From Candidatus Latescibacterota bacterium (lineage in GTDB: Bacteria; Latescibacterota; UBA2968; GCA-2709665), in NCBI GenBank assembly GCA_963662665.2, contig CAXXJS010000028.1:32001-96000 (forward strand): DNA of 64,000 nucleotides, in the 5' to 3' direction. This document shows, piece by piece, positions 18,901 through 28,515 of this stretch. The position numbers and the translations under genes are program-made. The first letter of the stretch is position 1. Every line of letters begins with the position of its first letter. The notes under the pieces were generated by a model. That model did no database searches. It was not told where the DNA came from and saw only the letters and a program-made list of their open reading frames with translations.

Positions 18901-21496
18901 GACCCGGCACCGCCTCCCCCTGAGCCGTTACCAGTACGACTGGAATCTCCAGCGCGGATCCCAGCCGGGCATATCCGTAGTCGAACTGTGGTTTTCGCAC
19001 ACCAACGTAACGGTCGTATGGATCGAAGGCGAGCGTTTCGCGGCTGCGGTTGGGGCGGCCGCCTTTCTCCAACACCGTGGCATCGATTCGGACACGAATT
19101 GCCGATGGCGCGCGGCCCGGGGCCGGCAGCGGCCAGCGCACCTGCGCCCGGCCTTCCTCGTCGAGTTTATCCTTGAAGATGCTGGTGCGAATCGGCGTGT
19201 ACCGAGCGCTCTCGTTGGTGAAGCTGAATCCCGGGTAGTCGGCAAACTGCCGGGCCGCGTGCCGGAATTCAACCGAAATTTCGCCATCCAGCCCGGCGGC
19301 CGGATTGCCGAACAGATAGGTACTAACGAGCGCCAGTCGAAGTTCTTTGTCCTCAGGTGTCAGGCTTTTCTTTTCGGGCTCGATCCGGACCTTCAACCGA
19401 TAGGGGGCCACCGTCTCGACTTTCACCGTTTGGTCGAACGTGCGGCTTCCCACCTCCAGCCGCGCCCGCCAGGTTCCCGTGGGATCGTCGGGCTCGGTCT
19501 TGAAGCTGAATACATAGAAGCCGTCCTTGCCCGTTCGGGCGGTCCGCTCCAGTACAAGCTGATTTCCGGGGTTGAAGAGTTTCAGCGTAACCGGGTGGTT
19601 TTCGGGAAAGGTCTCCTCCGAATTGCGCGCGATCAGCGAAAGATGTATCTCGTCACCGGGTCGGTAAACGCCTCGCTCGGAATATACGAACGCCCTGACG
19701 CCGTCCGGCGGCGCAGAGGCGCCCCCGGTATCAAACGTGGAAAGGTTCCAGGCCATTTCGTTGCACTTTATGATGCTTTTCCGGCCGTCTTTTTCCGCTT
19801 CGACGTAGAAGACGTCCCGCTCTCCGCCAGGGAACGTGGCCGCACCGTGCCTGTCGGTCAGGCCCCGGCCGGCCACCTGGTTCTGGAAAGTGCGCAGTGT
19901 GACCGCAACGCCTGCCATGGGCGCCGCGTCGTTGATGTCTCGTGCATATACGATGTGCCGGCGGTTCGCCTTTTTGTACGTCAGGCCGATATCGCTTACG
20001 ATAACCGGCTTGAATGCCCTGCCGCGCGTGCGGACGTATCCCGGCGAAAAGGGATGGCTGCGGTAATCCCACAACCGCCGGTTCCACCGCCATTGCTTCC
20101 GCGCTTCCTCGGCCTCGCCGGGCGCGCCGTACAGCATGTCAACATGCTTAAAGCTGAGACTCAGCAGCAGCGGCCCTTTTTCGGACGGATCGATCAGTGC
20201 GTTCAGGTCCAGTTCGTGCTGCAGCCACCGGTTGCGGACCTGACCGATCTCCAGGACCGTATCAACAAGCCCCACGCCAACGCGGTTGACCTCCCGGGAA
20301 TAGAAATCACGCCGGCGGTCGCCGGCGCTCTTCAAACTCTGTCTCTGCAGGAACTGGCCCAGGTTCGAGTCGAAAACCTGTTGGACCCGGAGCTTCACAC
20401 GGCTGACGTTAACCGTCCGGAACCGGACCCGCCGGCGGTTGGCCGTTGGCAGGATCATCCCGTCTTCAGAGAAACGAACCTCCGGTTTGAGGTCGGGTAT
20501 CTGGACCGTTTCGGTATGTTCGGAGCCGGTTGCCACACCCCATCGGCTTCGAATGCCGGGATGGACGGTGAGTGTATAGTGCCTGCCGTGCTGAAACTCA
20601 CCGCTCACGTGGATCTTTCTCCCGGCCGCCCTGACCTGGATATCCATCGGCGGATCCACGGCAATCAGCCCGCGGATGTCCTGGCGGGGGTCCGGATCGT
20701 CCGATAATTCGACCGTGAGGCCGGGCTGCCGCCCCTCCACGTGACCTTCGACTTTGACAATTTTCATTACGGTTACGGGTGCCAGAACCGTGGTCTCCCT
20801 GTAGTCTCGGGATATCGACAGCGCTTCCTTATCGAGGGTGAAACGGAGTTCACGGCTGTTGCTTCTTCGCTCGACCGGATCGGAGGCGAACGAGAAAATC
20901 TTCCCCTCCACGTCGGCTTTCCAGGCAAGGGACAGCCGTTCCCGGTCCAGAGACACCCGGGCTGCCTGTCGCACCTGTTCGAGAGGCGTCTTCTCGCTGA
21001 ACGAGATCCGCCCTTTGTAAACCACCAGGCGCGGATCGTCTTCCTCGATCAACTCGAAATCCGCGTTCAACGAAACAATCTCCCGGCCGGCTATCTCAAA
21101 TGCAAACGCCAGGGGTTGCAGGTTTTTTCGCTCAGGAAACAGGGCGGGGAGGTCCAGGACGCCGTTGTAGCGCTGCCGGAAGGGGAGCGGCGATTCGGGC
21201 TGAAAGATAAGGGTGCGCCGGTCCGCCCAGCGGGCGGCGCCTTCGATGCGCGGCTCGAATGCAAACACGGTCTTCTCCGGACTCTGGCCGACCCGGTTTC
21301 CGGACACGACGGGCGACACGAAACGTACGCGGACGTCGTCTTCCGAGCGGATGAGATCCGAGGTCACGTGGCTGACCAGCCTTGCCGTCTCCCGCGAATA
21401 GGTAATCGTCCCGGTCTCGTTCCGCTTCGTAGCACAACCGGCAATCAACAAGCCTGCCAGGAACAGCATGCCGCTGTCAATCCATTTGTGCGTCAT
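15977..21496 (-). CDS. Bacterial alpha-2-macroglobulin lipoprotein (YfhM-like)
   Basis: Lipobox LIAGC; ERGVYRPGD MG2 motif; thioester motif YPYGCIEQ; C-terminal DVRDDRV...AEAMYD; paired with pbpC. Confidence 0.93.
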   Translation of the reverse strand: MTHKWIDSGMLFLAGLLIAGCATKRNETGTITYSRETARLVSHVTSDLIRSEDDVRVRFVSPVVSGNRVGQSPEKTVFAFEPRIEGAARWADRRTLIFQPESPLPFRQRYNGVLDLPALFPERKNLQPLAFAFEIAGREIVSLNADFELIEEDDPRLVVYKGRISFSEKTPLEQVRQAARVSLDRERLSLAWKADVEGKIFSFASDPVERRSNSRELRFTLDKEALSISRDYRETTVLAPVTVMKIVKVEGHVEGRQPGLTVELSDDPDPRQDIRGLIAVDPPMDIQVRAAGRKIHVSGEFQHGRHYTLTVHPGIRSRWGVATGSEHTETVQIPDLKPEVRFSEDGMILPTANRRRVRFRTVNVSRVKLRVQQVFDSNLGQFLQRQSLKSAGDRRRDFYSREVNRVGVGLVDTVLEIGQVRNRWLQHELDLNALIDPSEKGPLLLSLSFKHVDMLYGAPGEAEEARKQWRWNRRLWDYRSHPFSPGYVRTRGRAFKPVIVSDIGLTYKKANRRHIVYARDINDAAPMAGVAVTLRTFQNQVAGRGLTDRHGAATFPGGERDVFYVEAEKDGRKSIIKCNEMAWNLSTFDTGGASAPPDGVRAFVYSERGVYRPGDEIHLSLIARNSEETFPENHPVTLKLFNPGNQLVLERTARTGKDGFYVFSFKTEPDDPTGTWRARLEVGSRTFDQTVKVETVAPYRLKVRIEPEKKSLTPEDKELRLALVSTYLFGNPAAGLDGEISVEFRHAARQFADYPGFSFTNESARYTPIRTSIFKDKLDEEGRAQVRWPLPAPGRAPSAIRVRIDATVLEKGGRPNRSRETLAFDPYDRYVGVRKPQFDYGYARLGSALEIPVVLVTAQGEAVPGLPLEYRIYRSTGHWWWEYESRDQFRLRFKTDQYTEQIESGSIFSQSTPVPLVFTPEQRGEYLIEVQEEGGHTAAFFMRAYPWGQAQADPKSAGMLALKTDRKSYAPGDSALVTFPAPRRGAILVSVEQDSRVLQTRWYEPDGHRGEFRVPVSVTREMAPTAYVAVSVLQPFSQTLNDRPIRLYGVVPLNVSDPHTRQEISIRMPGELRPESPFQIQVETGDGQPAQFTLAVVDEGLLALTGFSTPDAWKSFYRKRRLGVVTHDVYSHVIGANKGDVFKTFAVGGGFAYRASQLEPERGKRFKAVSLFKGPIETDAMGRATVDFDMPDYTGSVRVMAVSAAGGRYGKAETSVPVKTDLMVMPTLPRVLGPGDRVDVPVTVFAMVDSIGTTVVSIQTEGPVSVVGPVRRELDFAETGERDLSFTLQAAAAVGQARVVVTAEASNVAADHVTDVRVRPSSPRIYAAEDEDIRPGETARFTVPDKGMPGSNRARLGIRRRPDLGMTHRLLGLVRYPYGCIEQTVSAAFPLLYLGTLLDGVTFAGDAAMDTDRLINSAIRKLRKFKLVSGGFTYWPGGSTVSPWGSLYTGHFLIEARKLGYHVPQVLMATWLRYEKSRALTTKDNLMERVYRVYLLALAGEFQIGPMNLLKETGINDMNDTQKWMLAAAYHLAGVERTAAQILIPAGKRVKRYNESGGTYGSGLRDLSIILNTLVLFERWSEADEIARELGAALKSRRWHSTQTTGFMLLALGKYLRSLDNEDGGRSVLAGTIRLPDGRVVRFETDRPAHHVEIEDGFGEEVEIFLDSTSTVKRAFATMDWDGVPLVDDVGDTSGKLKLEVAWRNDEGLPVDPAELSQGEAFWGHFRVRNMTVARKIEEVALVQVLPAGWEIDNPRLSDRTAPKWTKRLNLNREEYLDVRDDRVMWFLDAERRRHLDFVVRLNAVTAGSFRLPATVAEAMYDRSYRATAAGKRVVVKQR

Positions 21497-21685
21497 CCTC
21501 GGCTCCCAATGGGATACGCGTGAAAACATCGCCATACGAGGCAGGCCTCGGGACATTGGAGGTCCCATCAACGGCGGCCCATCTCCCTATACCGACCAGC
21601 AAAACCGCTTGACTTCATCGCTTCTATCTATACCTTAAAACGCGCGGAAATCGGCGCCCTGTTCCAAATCCAAAGGAGATTAAAC

Positions 21686-22747
21686 ATGCAATTCGGCCAA
21701 TTCTATCTGCTGGAAACACCGCCCGGGAAAGACCACGCGCAAGTGTACCACGAAGCATTCGAACAGTTCAAGCTCATGGATGAAACCGGATGGGACGCCA
21801 TCTGGCTGGCGGAACACCATTTCGACCATAAGGCGCCGGGGGCCAACTACTATTCGATCACCCCGTCCATCCACACCATGGCGGCATACGCATCGGCCAT
21901 TACCGAACGCATTAAAATCGGCACCGCGGTTATCGTGCTGCCTTTTCACAACCCGGTCATTGTCGCGGAAGATTTCGCCACCGTGGATATCATGTCCGGA
22001 GGGCGGCTTCTCTTCGGCGTGGGGCGCGGCTATCAGCTCGAGGAATTCCACAACTGGGGGATCGACCTGGAAGAAAGCCGCGAACGATTTCAGGAGGAAC
22101 TGGATATTATCCTGAAAGCCTGGACAGGCCCAGTCCAATACGACGGCAAATTCCACAAGGTCCGGAAAGTCAACGTCATCCCGAAGCCCGTACAAAAACC
22201 GCACCCGCCGGTTTACGTCGCGGCGGTGAGTCCGTCCACTTACGAATGGGTCATTAAGAACGGGTACAACGTCCTGACCTCGTTCCTGCATCCCTACGAC
22301 CAGGTATTCGAACTCTACGAGGCGTACCACAAGACGGCGGACGCGTGCGGACTGACGGGGAAGCTGGACTTCCCCCTGGCGCGATTCCTCTATGTCGCCG
22401 ATTCCACGGAGAAAGCGCGGGAGGAATGCCACGACCAGCTCATGTGGTATTTCCGCACGCTGCTTGCGGAAGTTATCGCACCCCCGCCGGAAATCGCGCC
22501 ACCGGGACAGATGGAATTCTATCAGGAACTGAAACAGAAATTTTCGAACATCACCTTCGACGAGATCCTGGCCGAACACGCCATCGTAGGCGATCCGGAT
22601 TTTGTCGCCGACAAAATCGACTGGATCCGTAAACACACGGGTTTGCAGAACTTTATGGGGTGGACCCGTATCGGAGACCTGAATCCCGACCTGGTCTGCA
22701 AATCCCTACGAATGTTCTCCGAACGCGTCGCGCCCGCGTTTAATTGA
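21686..22747 (+). CDS. LLM-class flavin-dependent oxidoreductase (luciferase-like)
   Basis: WLAEHHF, TERIKIGTAV, VAEDFATVDIMSGGRL..GVGRGY, PKPVQKPHPP. Confidence 0.92.
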   Translation: MQFGQFYLLETPPGKDHAQVYHEAFEQFKLMDETGWDAIWLAEHHFDHKAPGANYYSITPSIHTMAAYASAITERIKIGTAVIVLPFHNPVIVAEDFATVDIMSGGRLLFGVGRGYQLEEFHNWGIDLEESRERFQEELDIILKAWTGPVQYDGKFHKVRKVNVIPKPVQKPHPPVYVAAVSPSTYEWVIKNGYNVLTSFLHPYDQVFELYEAYHKTADACGLTGKLDFPLARFLYVADSTEKAREECHDQLMWYFRTLLAEVIAPPPEIAPPGQMEFYQELKQKFSNITFDEILAEHAIVGDPDFVADKIDWIRKHTGLQNFMGWTRIGDLNPDLVCKSLRMFSERVAPAFN

Positions 22748-22792
22748 ACTCACCGTCAGACGCTGCGGTTCCCCGAGTGCCTCACCCTTCCT

Positions 22793-23128
22793 TCATTCCC
22801 GCCACGCCGGCTGGGTGACATGCAGCAGCAACGCGCCTTCCGGTACCGTGATCACGGTCGACGTTCCCTTTTCGATATAGCCCAGGTCCCCGACGTTGAA
22901 ACGCACAGGCTCCTGGCCCCGTGCGTGGACTTCCAGCGCGCCCTTCAACAGGAAAAAGACCTCGTTATAGTCGAAGGTCCATTCCAGCCGGCTGGGTTCG
23001 AGATATTCCGTGAATCCGGCCGCAAGGCAGTCATCCTTGCCCAGGATCGGATCGGATACCTGTACCTTCGCCCCGGGCGCGTCGTACAGTTTCATGTCCC
23101 TCTGATCCGGTTTGACTATCTGTACCAT
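22793..23128 (-). CDS. Cupin protein, EutQ-like
   Basis: LAAGF..LEWTFDYNEV..LKG..GDLGYIEKG; GGAG RBS. Confidence 0.75.
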   Translation of the reverse strand: MVQIVKPDQRDMKLYDAPGAKVQVSDPILGKDDCLAAGFTEYLEPSRLEWTFDYNEVFFLLKGALEVHARGQEPVRFNVGDLGYIEKGTSTVITVPEGALLLHVTQPAWRE

Positions 23129-23226
23129 CTTAACTCTCCCTGGTAGTAAAGCATTCCGTTATCTGCCGTCAGCGAGAAGCTGGACCTCGGGAAAAGCCGT
23201 CAGCCGTCAGCTTTAAGCTGTCAGCT

Positions 23227-23525
23227 AAAACCGAAACAGTTGACGTCCGCGCAATTATGTTGAAAACCGCGATGGCCGCAGACCTCTCCCCCCGGCCCCC
23301 TCTCCCAAAGGAGAGGGTGAGGGCCAGCGATACGGCTTGGCGAGATCCGTCAGCGATAGCAGCGCCACCAATCGGGCGACCCATGGGTCGCCTCTACAAA
23401 TGCAACAACGGCGCAGCGCAGGTCGGTTCCGCGCTTTATCGTACAGGATCTCGACCGAACCGAAAAGAGCGAGATCGTTTCAAGCGCACGGTTGTGGCGA
23501 GGGGGCTTTTGTTCGCGGCAAAAAA
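23227..23525. repeat. Modular intergenic repeat family R2, copy 1
   Basis: Shares AAACCGAAACA.TTGACGTC...ACCTCTCCCCCCGG.CCCCTCTCCCA...GCGATACGGC with ~33477-33720, and the core plus GGGGGCTTTTGTTCGCGGCAA with ~29670-29940. Confidence 0.8.
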
Positions 23526-23668
23526 TTAGGTGCTTATATAGGAAACGACTACCAGCAATCAACAGAAACAGCCGTCAGGCTTCGGTGTGCAATATACGCG
23601 CGCTACCAACCGCTTGACGGACATCATCGAGCTGTAAGAGAGATCCCCCGAATGGTGATGACACCGGC

Positions 23669-26002
23669 CTACGGCTCGAGCCGCTGCCGTGTCTCCGCCT
23701 CCGAGGCAATGGTCTCCCAGTCCCACAGTTGAGGGATATACGCCACGTCTGCCCAGAGTTGGGCCTGGTCCGCGTAATGTGCGCTTCCGGGATGCCCCGA
23801 TGCCCCCAACGGCACGATCCACCGGGAATTGCTCCAGTTCCCGGGGTCGTGAATGTATCGGTTTACCGACATCCCGGTGGCAACAAAGGGTTCGCTAACG
23901 TCGTACCCGCCGGCAAGCGGCACGTCTCCGTCTCCGTGCGTTGGCAGGCAGGGTGGATCCAGAAGCCGAGCGCATTCCGGAAAAACCCGCGAGAGCGGAT
24001 GCCTCGGCCGCGTATGGTGAACGCGCCCCCACCGCCATTCCGTCATATCCTCACCCAGGCGTTCCTTGAGTTCAACGACCGCCTGCCTGAGAGCTTCAGC
24101 CAGCAGGTCTGCCCAGGTGTGTCCGTCCGGTAACATCGATCCGTCACCGCGTTCGAGACCCAGGATCATCTCCAGTACGATCAAACGGATATGCGCATCC
24201 GCTCCGGGAACCCCCTCGAGCGCGATGGCCGCCACGTCGCCCAGCAGATGCTCCGCCAGCAGGCGGGTGGCGCACAGGCGGGTCTGCGAGTAAATCGTCG
24301 GCTGCGCCAGGTCTCGGTCCATACGATAGTCCCACCGGCTCAGAAGCGCCAGAGCCCGCCGTGAATCCGCGTCCGGAGCCTGTACGTCCAGGAGCGCCGT
24401 GGTAAATATCCTTGCCGGAATCGAGGTACGGTCCGCGTGCATCCGCGCCATGTCGTCCACGGTCGCCGCGCCCGGCTTCAGATCCAGTATATCCAGCTGA
24501 AGCCGCCTTGCCCGATATTCCGGACTGAAGTACAGTCCCACGTAATACGGGTAGTCGTGTCCGGCCACGCGCTGGTTGCACGTCACCGCGTATCCTGCCT
24601 GCGGACAAATCGCCCGCGGCAGATCATCATGGGGTATATACCCCCGCCACTCGTATTCCCCGGTCCACCCCGGCACGGCCCGCCATCCGTTGGCTTCCGT
24701 GCGAATGGGGATTTTTCCCTCGTGCAAATAGCCGAAACTCCCATGGACGTCCACGACGGCATAGTTGTTCACCCTGTCGGTCCAATTTTCAAATGCATCG
24801 TGCAGTTCCTGTACAGTGGTCGCGAGCATCGCTTTCCTGGCGGCATCCAGCCATGGGGTGCCCTGAATCAAGCCGGGGTCGCTGATCGCAATACCATACC
24901 CGGCCCCCGGACTGCCCGCGATAACGGGTCCATGATGGGTAATGGTCACTTCGATCTCCACTGACTCGTCGTTCCGGACCGCAATCGACTCATTCAGGAC
25001 TTCGGCCGGTCTCCACGTGTCCTCGAATTCATACTCCCGTCCCTCGCCCGTTTCCCGGAACCGCTCCACGAAGAGGTCCTGCGTGTCGGCATTTCCGTAG
25101 GTCATCCCCCATCCTACGTGCGCGTTGTGGCAGAAGTGCAGGACCCCGGGCATCCCGGGTACCGAGGAGCCGATAATCGAAAAATCCGGACAGGAAAGGT
25201 GGACCTGATAGTAGACGCCCGGCGTATCCAGGGCCCGGTGGGAGTCTCCGCCCATCAGCGGCAACCCGGATCGGGTCAATTCACCAGAGATCGACCATGC
25301 GTTGGAACCGGCGTCCGTTTCCCTCAGCCAGTTCACGTCTTCGAGCGCCCTGCGAAGTTCCTCCAGTCCGTCGACGCCAGGTCCCGCATACACCTCCCCC
25401 GGGGGCACGGTGAGCAGATGGCCGCCCGGGTACCCCTTGATTATGCGTGCTGCCTTCCCGGGGCCAATTGTGAGGGCAAGGCGCGTTCGGTAGAGTTTCG
25501 GCTCGAACGTCCCCAAAAGGGTATTGCGCATCTTATAGACTGCAATACAGTGCCAGTTCTCCCAGGGTTCGGGCGTCATGCCCAGAAGTTTGTACTCGAC
25601 CGGGTACGCTGACGTCGTTTCCAGGAACGCATTCACGCCCGCGGTGTAGGCGTCTACCATCGCCCTGGCCGCCGCGCCGGCCGCCGCGTAGTCCAGCCTG
25701 GCCGTACGTCCCATTCCTGCCGTTCGCAACAGCCGGTCCTGGGCCACGCCGTCCGGTCCGGCTATTTCGGCCCATCTCCCCAGCGCCCTGTACCGGTCGT
25801 AATCCATGTGCCAGAACCGGTCCTGGGCCGTGGCGAAACCCTGCGCGAAGTAGAGGTCGTGTTCGTTCTCCGCCAGAACGTGCGGAATGCCCCAACGGTC
25901 GCGATAGATCGTCGCTGCGTCGATCAAGCCCGGCAGGCGGAGCGTGGATGTCATATCCGGCAGCGCCGCGGCCAGGTCGGCTCTTGTGAGTTCCGCAGCC
26001 AT
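23669..26002 (-). CDS. Penicillin acylase family (Ntn hydrolase, peptidase S45)
   Basis: RDRWGIPHV, FAQGFATAQDR, GSNAWSISG autoprocessing site, GASGHPGSAHYADQ. Confidence 0.93.
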   Translation of the reverse strand: MAAELTRADLAAALPDMTSTLRLPGLIDAATIYRDRWGIPHVLAENEHDLYFAQGFATAQDRFWHMDYDRYRALGRWAEIAGPDGVAQDRLLRTAGMGRTARLDYAAAGAAARAMVDAYTAGVNAFLETTSAYPVEYKLLGMTPEPWENWHCIAVYKMRNTLLGTFEPKLYRTRLALTIGPGKAARIIKGYPGGHLLTVPPGEVYAGPGVDGLEELRRALEDVNWLRETDAGSNAWSISGELTRSGLPLMGGDSHRALDTPGVYYQVHLSCPDFSIIGSSVPGMPGVLHFCHNAHVGWGMTYGNADTQDLFVERFRETGEGREYEFEDTWRPAEVLNESIAVRNDESVEIEVTITHHGPVIAGSPGAGYGIAISDPGLIQGTPWLDAARKAMLATTVQELHDAFENWTDRVNNYAVVDVHGSFGYLHEGKIPIRTEANGWRAVPGWTGEYEWRGYIPHDDLPRAICPQAGYAVTCNQRVAGHDYPYYVGLYFSPEYRARRLQLDILDLKPGAATVDDMARMHADRTSIPARIFTTALLDVQAPDADSRRALALLSRWDYRMDRDLAQPTIYSQTRLCATRLLAEHLLGDVAAIALEGVPGADAHIRLIVLEMILGLERGDGSMLPDGHTWADLLAEALRQAVVELKERLGEDMTEWRWGRVHHTRPRHPLSRVFPECARLLDPPCLPTHGDGDVPLAGGYDVSEPFVATGMSVNRYIHDPGNWSNSRWIVPLGASGHPGSAHYADQAQLWADVAYIPQLWDWETIASEAETRQRLEP

Positions 26003-26180
26003 GAATACCCCTCGCTTACATAACATCCTGATTAATAAAGAGTTTGTTCTGAATTTGCTGACAGTAACGATGTCTCAAATGGATGAACGCATCTCTACCG
26101 CCCCGGGATGATTCACTGCCTGAAACGGTTTCCGCGATTCTTCCTGACCATGTGCCTCTGTGCGAGAAAGTTACCCCGTG

Positions 26181-27041
26181 CTAACCGGACTGCACGTGGC
26201 CGAGCCACCGCTGAACCGCCTCCGAAAAGCCGTCCGCGTTGTGGTCCGGTACCACCGGAAACCGTTCTCTCAAGGGTTCGGGGGCATTCTGCACCACGAA
26301 TGGAAACCCGCACCACGCCAACATATCCGAGTCGTTGTAGTCGTTTCCAACGGCGGCGGAACGCCCGGCATCCACGCCAAGGCGCTCGCAGAGCCTGGCC
26401 GCCGACCGGGCCTTGGAAACCTGTCCCGGAAAAATCTCGAACCACGTGGACTGATGGTCCAAAGGCGACGTGGTCCGGATCACTGAAAGGCCCTTCAGCG
26501 CGTTCGAGAGCGCGTCGTGGGTGCGCCAGGGATCCGCTTCACCGGGACAGACCACCACGAACTGCGATGCCCGGCCGTTCCTCGGACAGCCGGGATTCAA
26601 CGGTCGACAGTATTCCTGGTTGTGTTGACGCCTGCGCAGGAAATCGGGATTGTGTTCGTTCTGTTCCCAGTACTCGAACGTATGGTTCTCCGGGACCGGC
26701 GCGTGAACCATAAAGTCAAATCCCCGATCGATAAGGTACTCCGTAACGCGGTGCACGACTCCGGTGGAAAGTGAATGGGATTCCACCAGCGTCTGATCCC
26801 GGAAATCGAAAATACCCACGCCCGACGAGGTAATCAGAAAATCGATCGGGAAGGTGTCCGCCAGGACGGTCCGCGCCGACATCAGCGACCGGCCGGTAAC
26901 CACAGCCCTCCAGATGTTCTTTCTACCAAGCGTATTCAGCGTTTCCAGGCTTCGGCCGCTCGCCTTTCGGTCGCTCTGCAGCAGCGTCCCGTCCAGGTCT
27001 GTAAACAAAGCAAGGTTCGTTCGTCTTTCCGGCAGCTTCAA
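26181..27041 (-). CDS. Cof-like HAD-IIB hydrolase
   Basis: TDLDGTLL, TGR, EIFPGQVSKA, VGNDYNDSDML. Confidence 0.88.
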   Translation of the reverse strand: MKLPERRTNLALFTDLDGTLLQSDRKASGRSLETLNTLGRKNIWRAVVTGRSLMSARTVLADTFPIDFLITSSGVGIFDFRDQTLVESHSLSTGVVHRVTEYLIDRGFDFMVHAPVPENHTFEYWEQNEHNPDFLRRRQHNQEYCRPLNPGCPRNGRASQFVVVCPGEADPWRTHDALSNALKGLSVIRTTSPLDHQSTWFEIFPGQVSKARSAARLCERLGVDAGRSAAVGNDYNDSDMLAWCGFPFVVQNAPEPLRERFPVVPDHNADGFSEAVQRWLGHVQSG

Positions 27042-27193
27042 CCCGTGCCTCCATCCCCGTGCGACCAGTCGCCTGGCGGGAGTCCGCGATCTGCCGCCAG
27101 GTCGATTGGTGGCGCATTGTCATTCAGCGGGAATATAAAAAACCCGGAAGTAAACACATAACCGATTTGCTCCCGGATTTCCGCCGCGCACAT

Positions 27194-27221
27194 AAAAAAA
27201 AACGGCGCACGGTCGTGCGCC
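27194..27221 (-). terminator. Intrinsic terminator downstream of the CDP-alcohol phosphatidyltransferase gene
   Basis: On -: GGCGCAC-GACC-GTGCGCC followed by G and T9. Confidence 0.7.
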
Positions 27222-27281
27222 TTCTCCCTGGTGACTCCCCAGACTCGTATTCAGTTCCCGTGATCCCCGTAGGCCATCGGG

Positions 27282-27863
27282 TCAATCCTGTGACCGCTTT
27301 CGAAAATACAATACCCGGTGCAACGCCGTATAGTTGGCCAGAAACGCAATTGCCCAGATCGCTACCGTAAGACCGATTTCGCCTACCAGCGCCCCCACGC
27401 CGATGGCAATGACCCGCTCCGGCCGTTGCATGAAGCCGACCTTGCACTCTTCGCCCAGACCCTCTACGCGCGCCCGGATATAGCTCACCATTAAAGAGCC
27501 GGCCAGCGCAAAAAACACGGCGGACGTAGTCCACAGGGAGTCTGACCGGATGAAGCTGACCGCCATCCCAAACCAGATGAAAATCTCTGAATACCGGTCG
27601 ACGGTCGAGTCCAGAAGGGCGCCGAACGTGGTTTCGCTTTGCCCCACGCGGGCCACCTGTCCGTCCAGAAAATCGAACACGCCGGCCAGCAGCACCACGA
27701 AACCTGCCCACCTGATGTAGTCGAAACCGAAAAGCACCGCCGCAACCAGGTTCAGTATGAACCCAACGAGGGTCAGTACATTTGGCCGGAACCGCTTCTT
27801 CACAAGAAATTGCGTGGAGGGTTCGAGCAGTTCGGCGACATCCTCTTTAACCTTTTCAATCAC
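27282..27863 (-). CDS. CDP-alcohol phosphatidyltransferase (phosphatidylinositol-phosphate synthase-like)
   Basis: PNVLT, DFLDGQVAR...FGALLDSTVDR signature, SYIRARVE, GFMQRPER. Confidence 0.9.
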   Translation of the reverse strand: MIEKVKEDVAELLEPSTQFLVKKRFRPNVLTLVGFILNLVAAVLFGFDYIRWAGFVVLLAGVFDFLDGQVARVGQSETTFGALLDSTVDRYSEIFIWFGMAVSFIRSDSLWTTSAVFFALAGSLMVSYIRARVEGLGEECKVGFMQRPERVIAIGVGALVGEIGLTVAIWAIAFLANYTALHRVLYFRKRSQD

Positions 27864-28216
27864 GAGCCATCATTCCCAATTGGCCTTGGCATTTCATTTC
27901 CGGGCATTATACGACAACGTTTTTGACGAAATATAGAATAATCGCCGGGGGGTAGCAAGCGAAATTTTCGGTATCGCAGGCGGTTCGGATCGACCCGTTT
28001 CGGCGGGTGCGCAGGGGCGGGAAATCGTTCGGAGACCCCCGGTACCGGTCGTGTATGGGGGTTGACGTTCGCTCGTTGCCACCCGGGAATTCCTCACGCG
28101 AAGCGTTCGCATCCGGCGTGGTTTCGAGCGACCGGGTCACGATTGTCGCGGGCATCGGTTCCGCGGCGCACACGAAGGCGCCGCAGTCTGCCGGGGGGTT
28201 GGGGAGGCCGGGTATT

Positions 28217-28349
28217 TTTTCCACGTATTATCCACATGTCGATGCCTTGTTCAGGGGATAAATTACAATCTGTTAAGAATAAAAACTATAAAAACAATCG
28301 TTTATTTATTAACATCCATTTTTGTGCAGTTATTCAGATATGTGGATTT
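28217..28349. promoter_or_regulatory. DnaA-box cluster flanking an AT-rich stretch
   Basis: TTTTCCACG 28217, perfect TTATCCACA 28228, AGGGGATAA 28253, AT-rich 28260-28325, TTATTCAGA 28330, TGTGGATTT 28341. Confidence 0.55.
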
Positions 28350-28432
28350 CCTGGTATTGCGATACTTCATCGTTCGCCATTCGTTGCTCCTCCCCCGGGG
28401 CATGCCGGTGCCCGTCCAGTCGTCCGAATTCC

Positions 28433-28461
28433 TTGACAGTCGTCGGCCGGCATGTTATTCT
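28433..28461 (+). promoter_or_regulatory. Sigma70-type promoter of the FAH gene
   Basis: TTGACA-17bp-TATTCT with extended TG. Confidence 0.65.
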
Positions 28462-28515
28462 TCGCACCCTGTTCGGCAGGATAACGTCATCCTTCAAACG
28501 AAAGGTAACCTCTTT

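Noticed and set aside
18767-20707. 646-aa + strand ORF (also 4290-5573 -, 7422-8813 -, 34676-35968 +, 44363-45949 -, 46498-47607 -, 51866-53080 -)
   Set aside because: Antisense shadows of well-supported genes in GC-rich DNA, with no recognisable motifs
13477-21496. Alpha-2-macroglobulin plus pbpC as a novel system
   Set aside because: Well-known conserved gene pair with an intact CxEQ thioester motif
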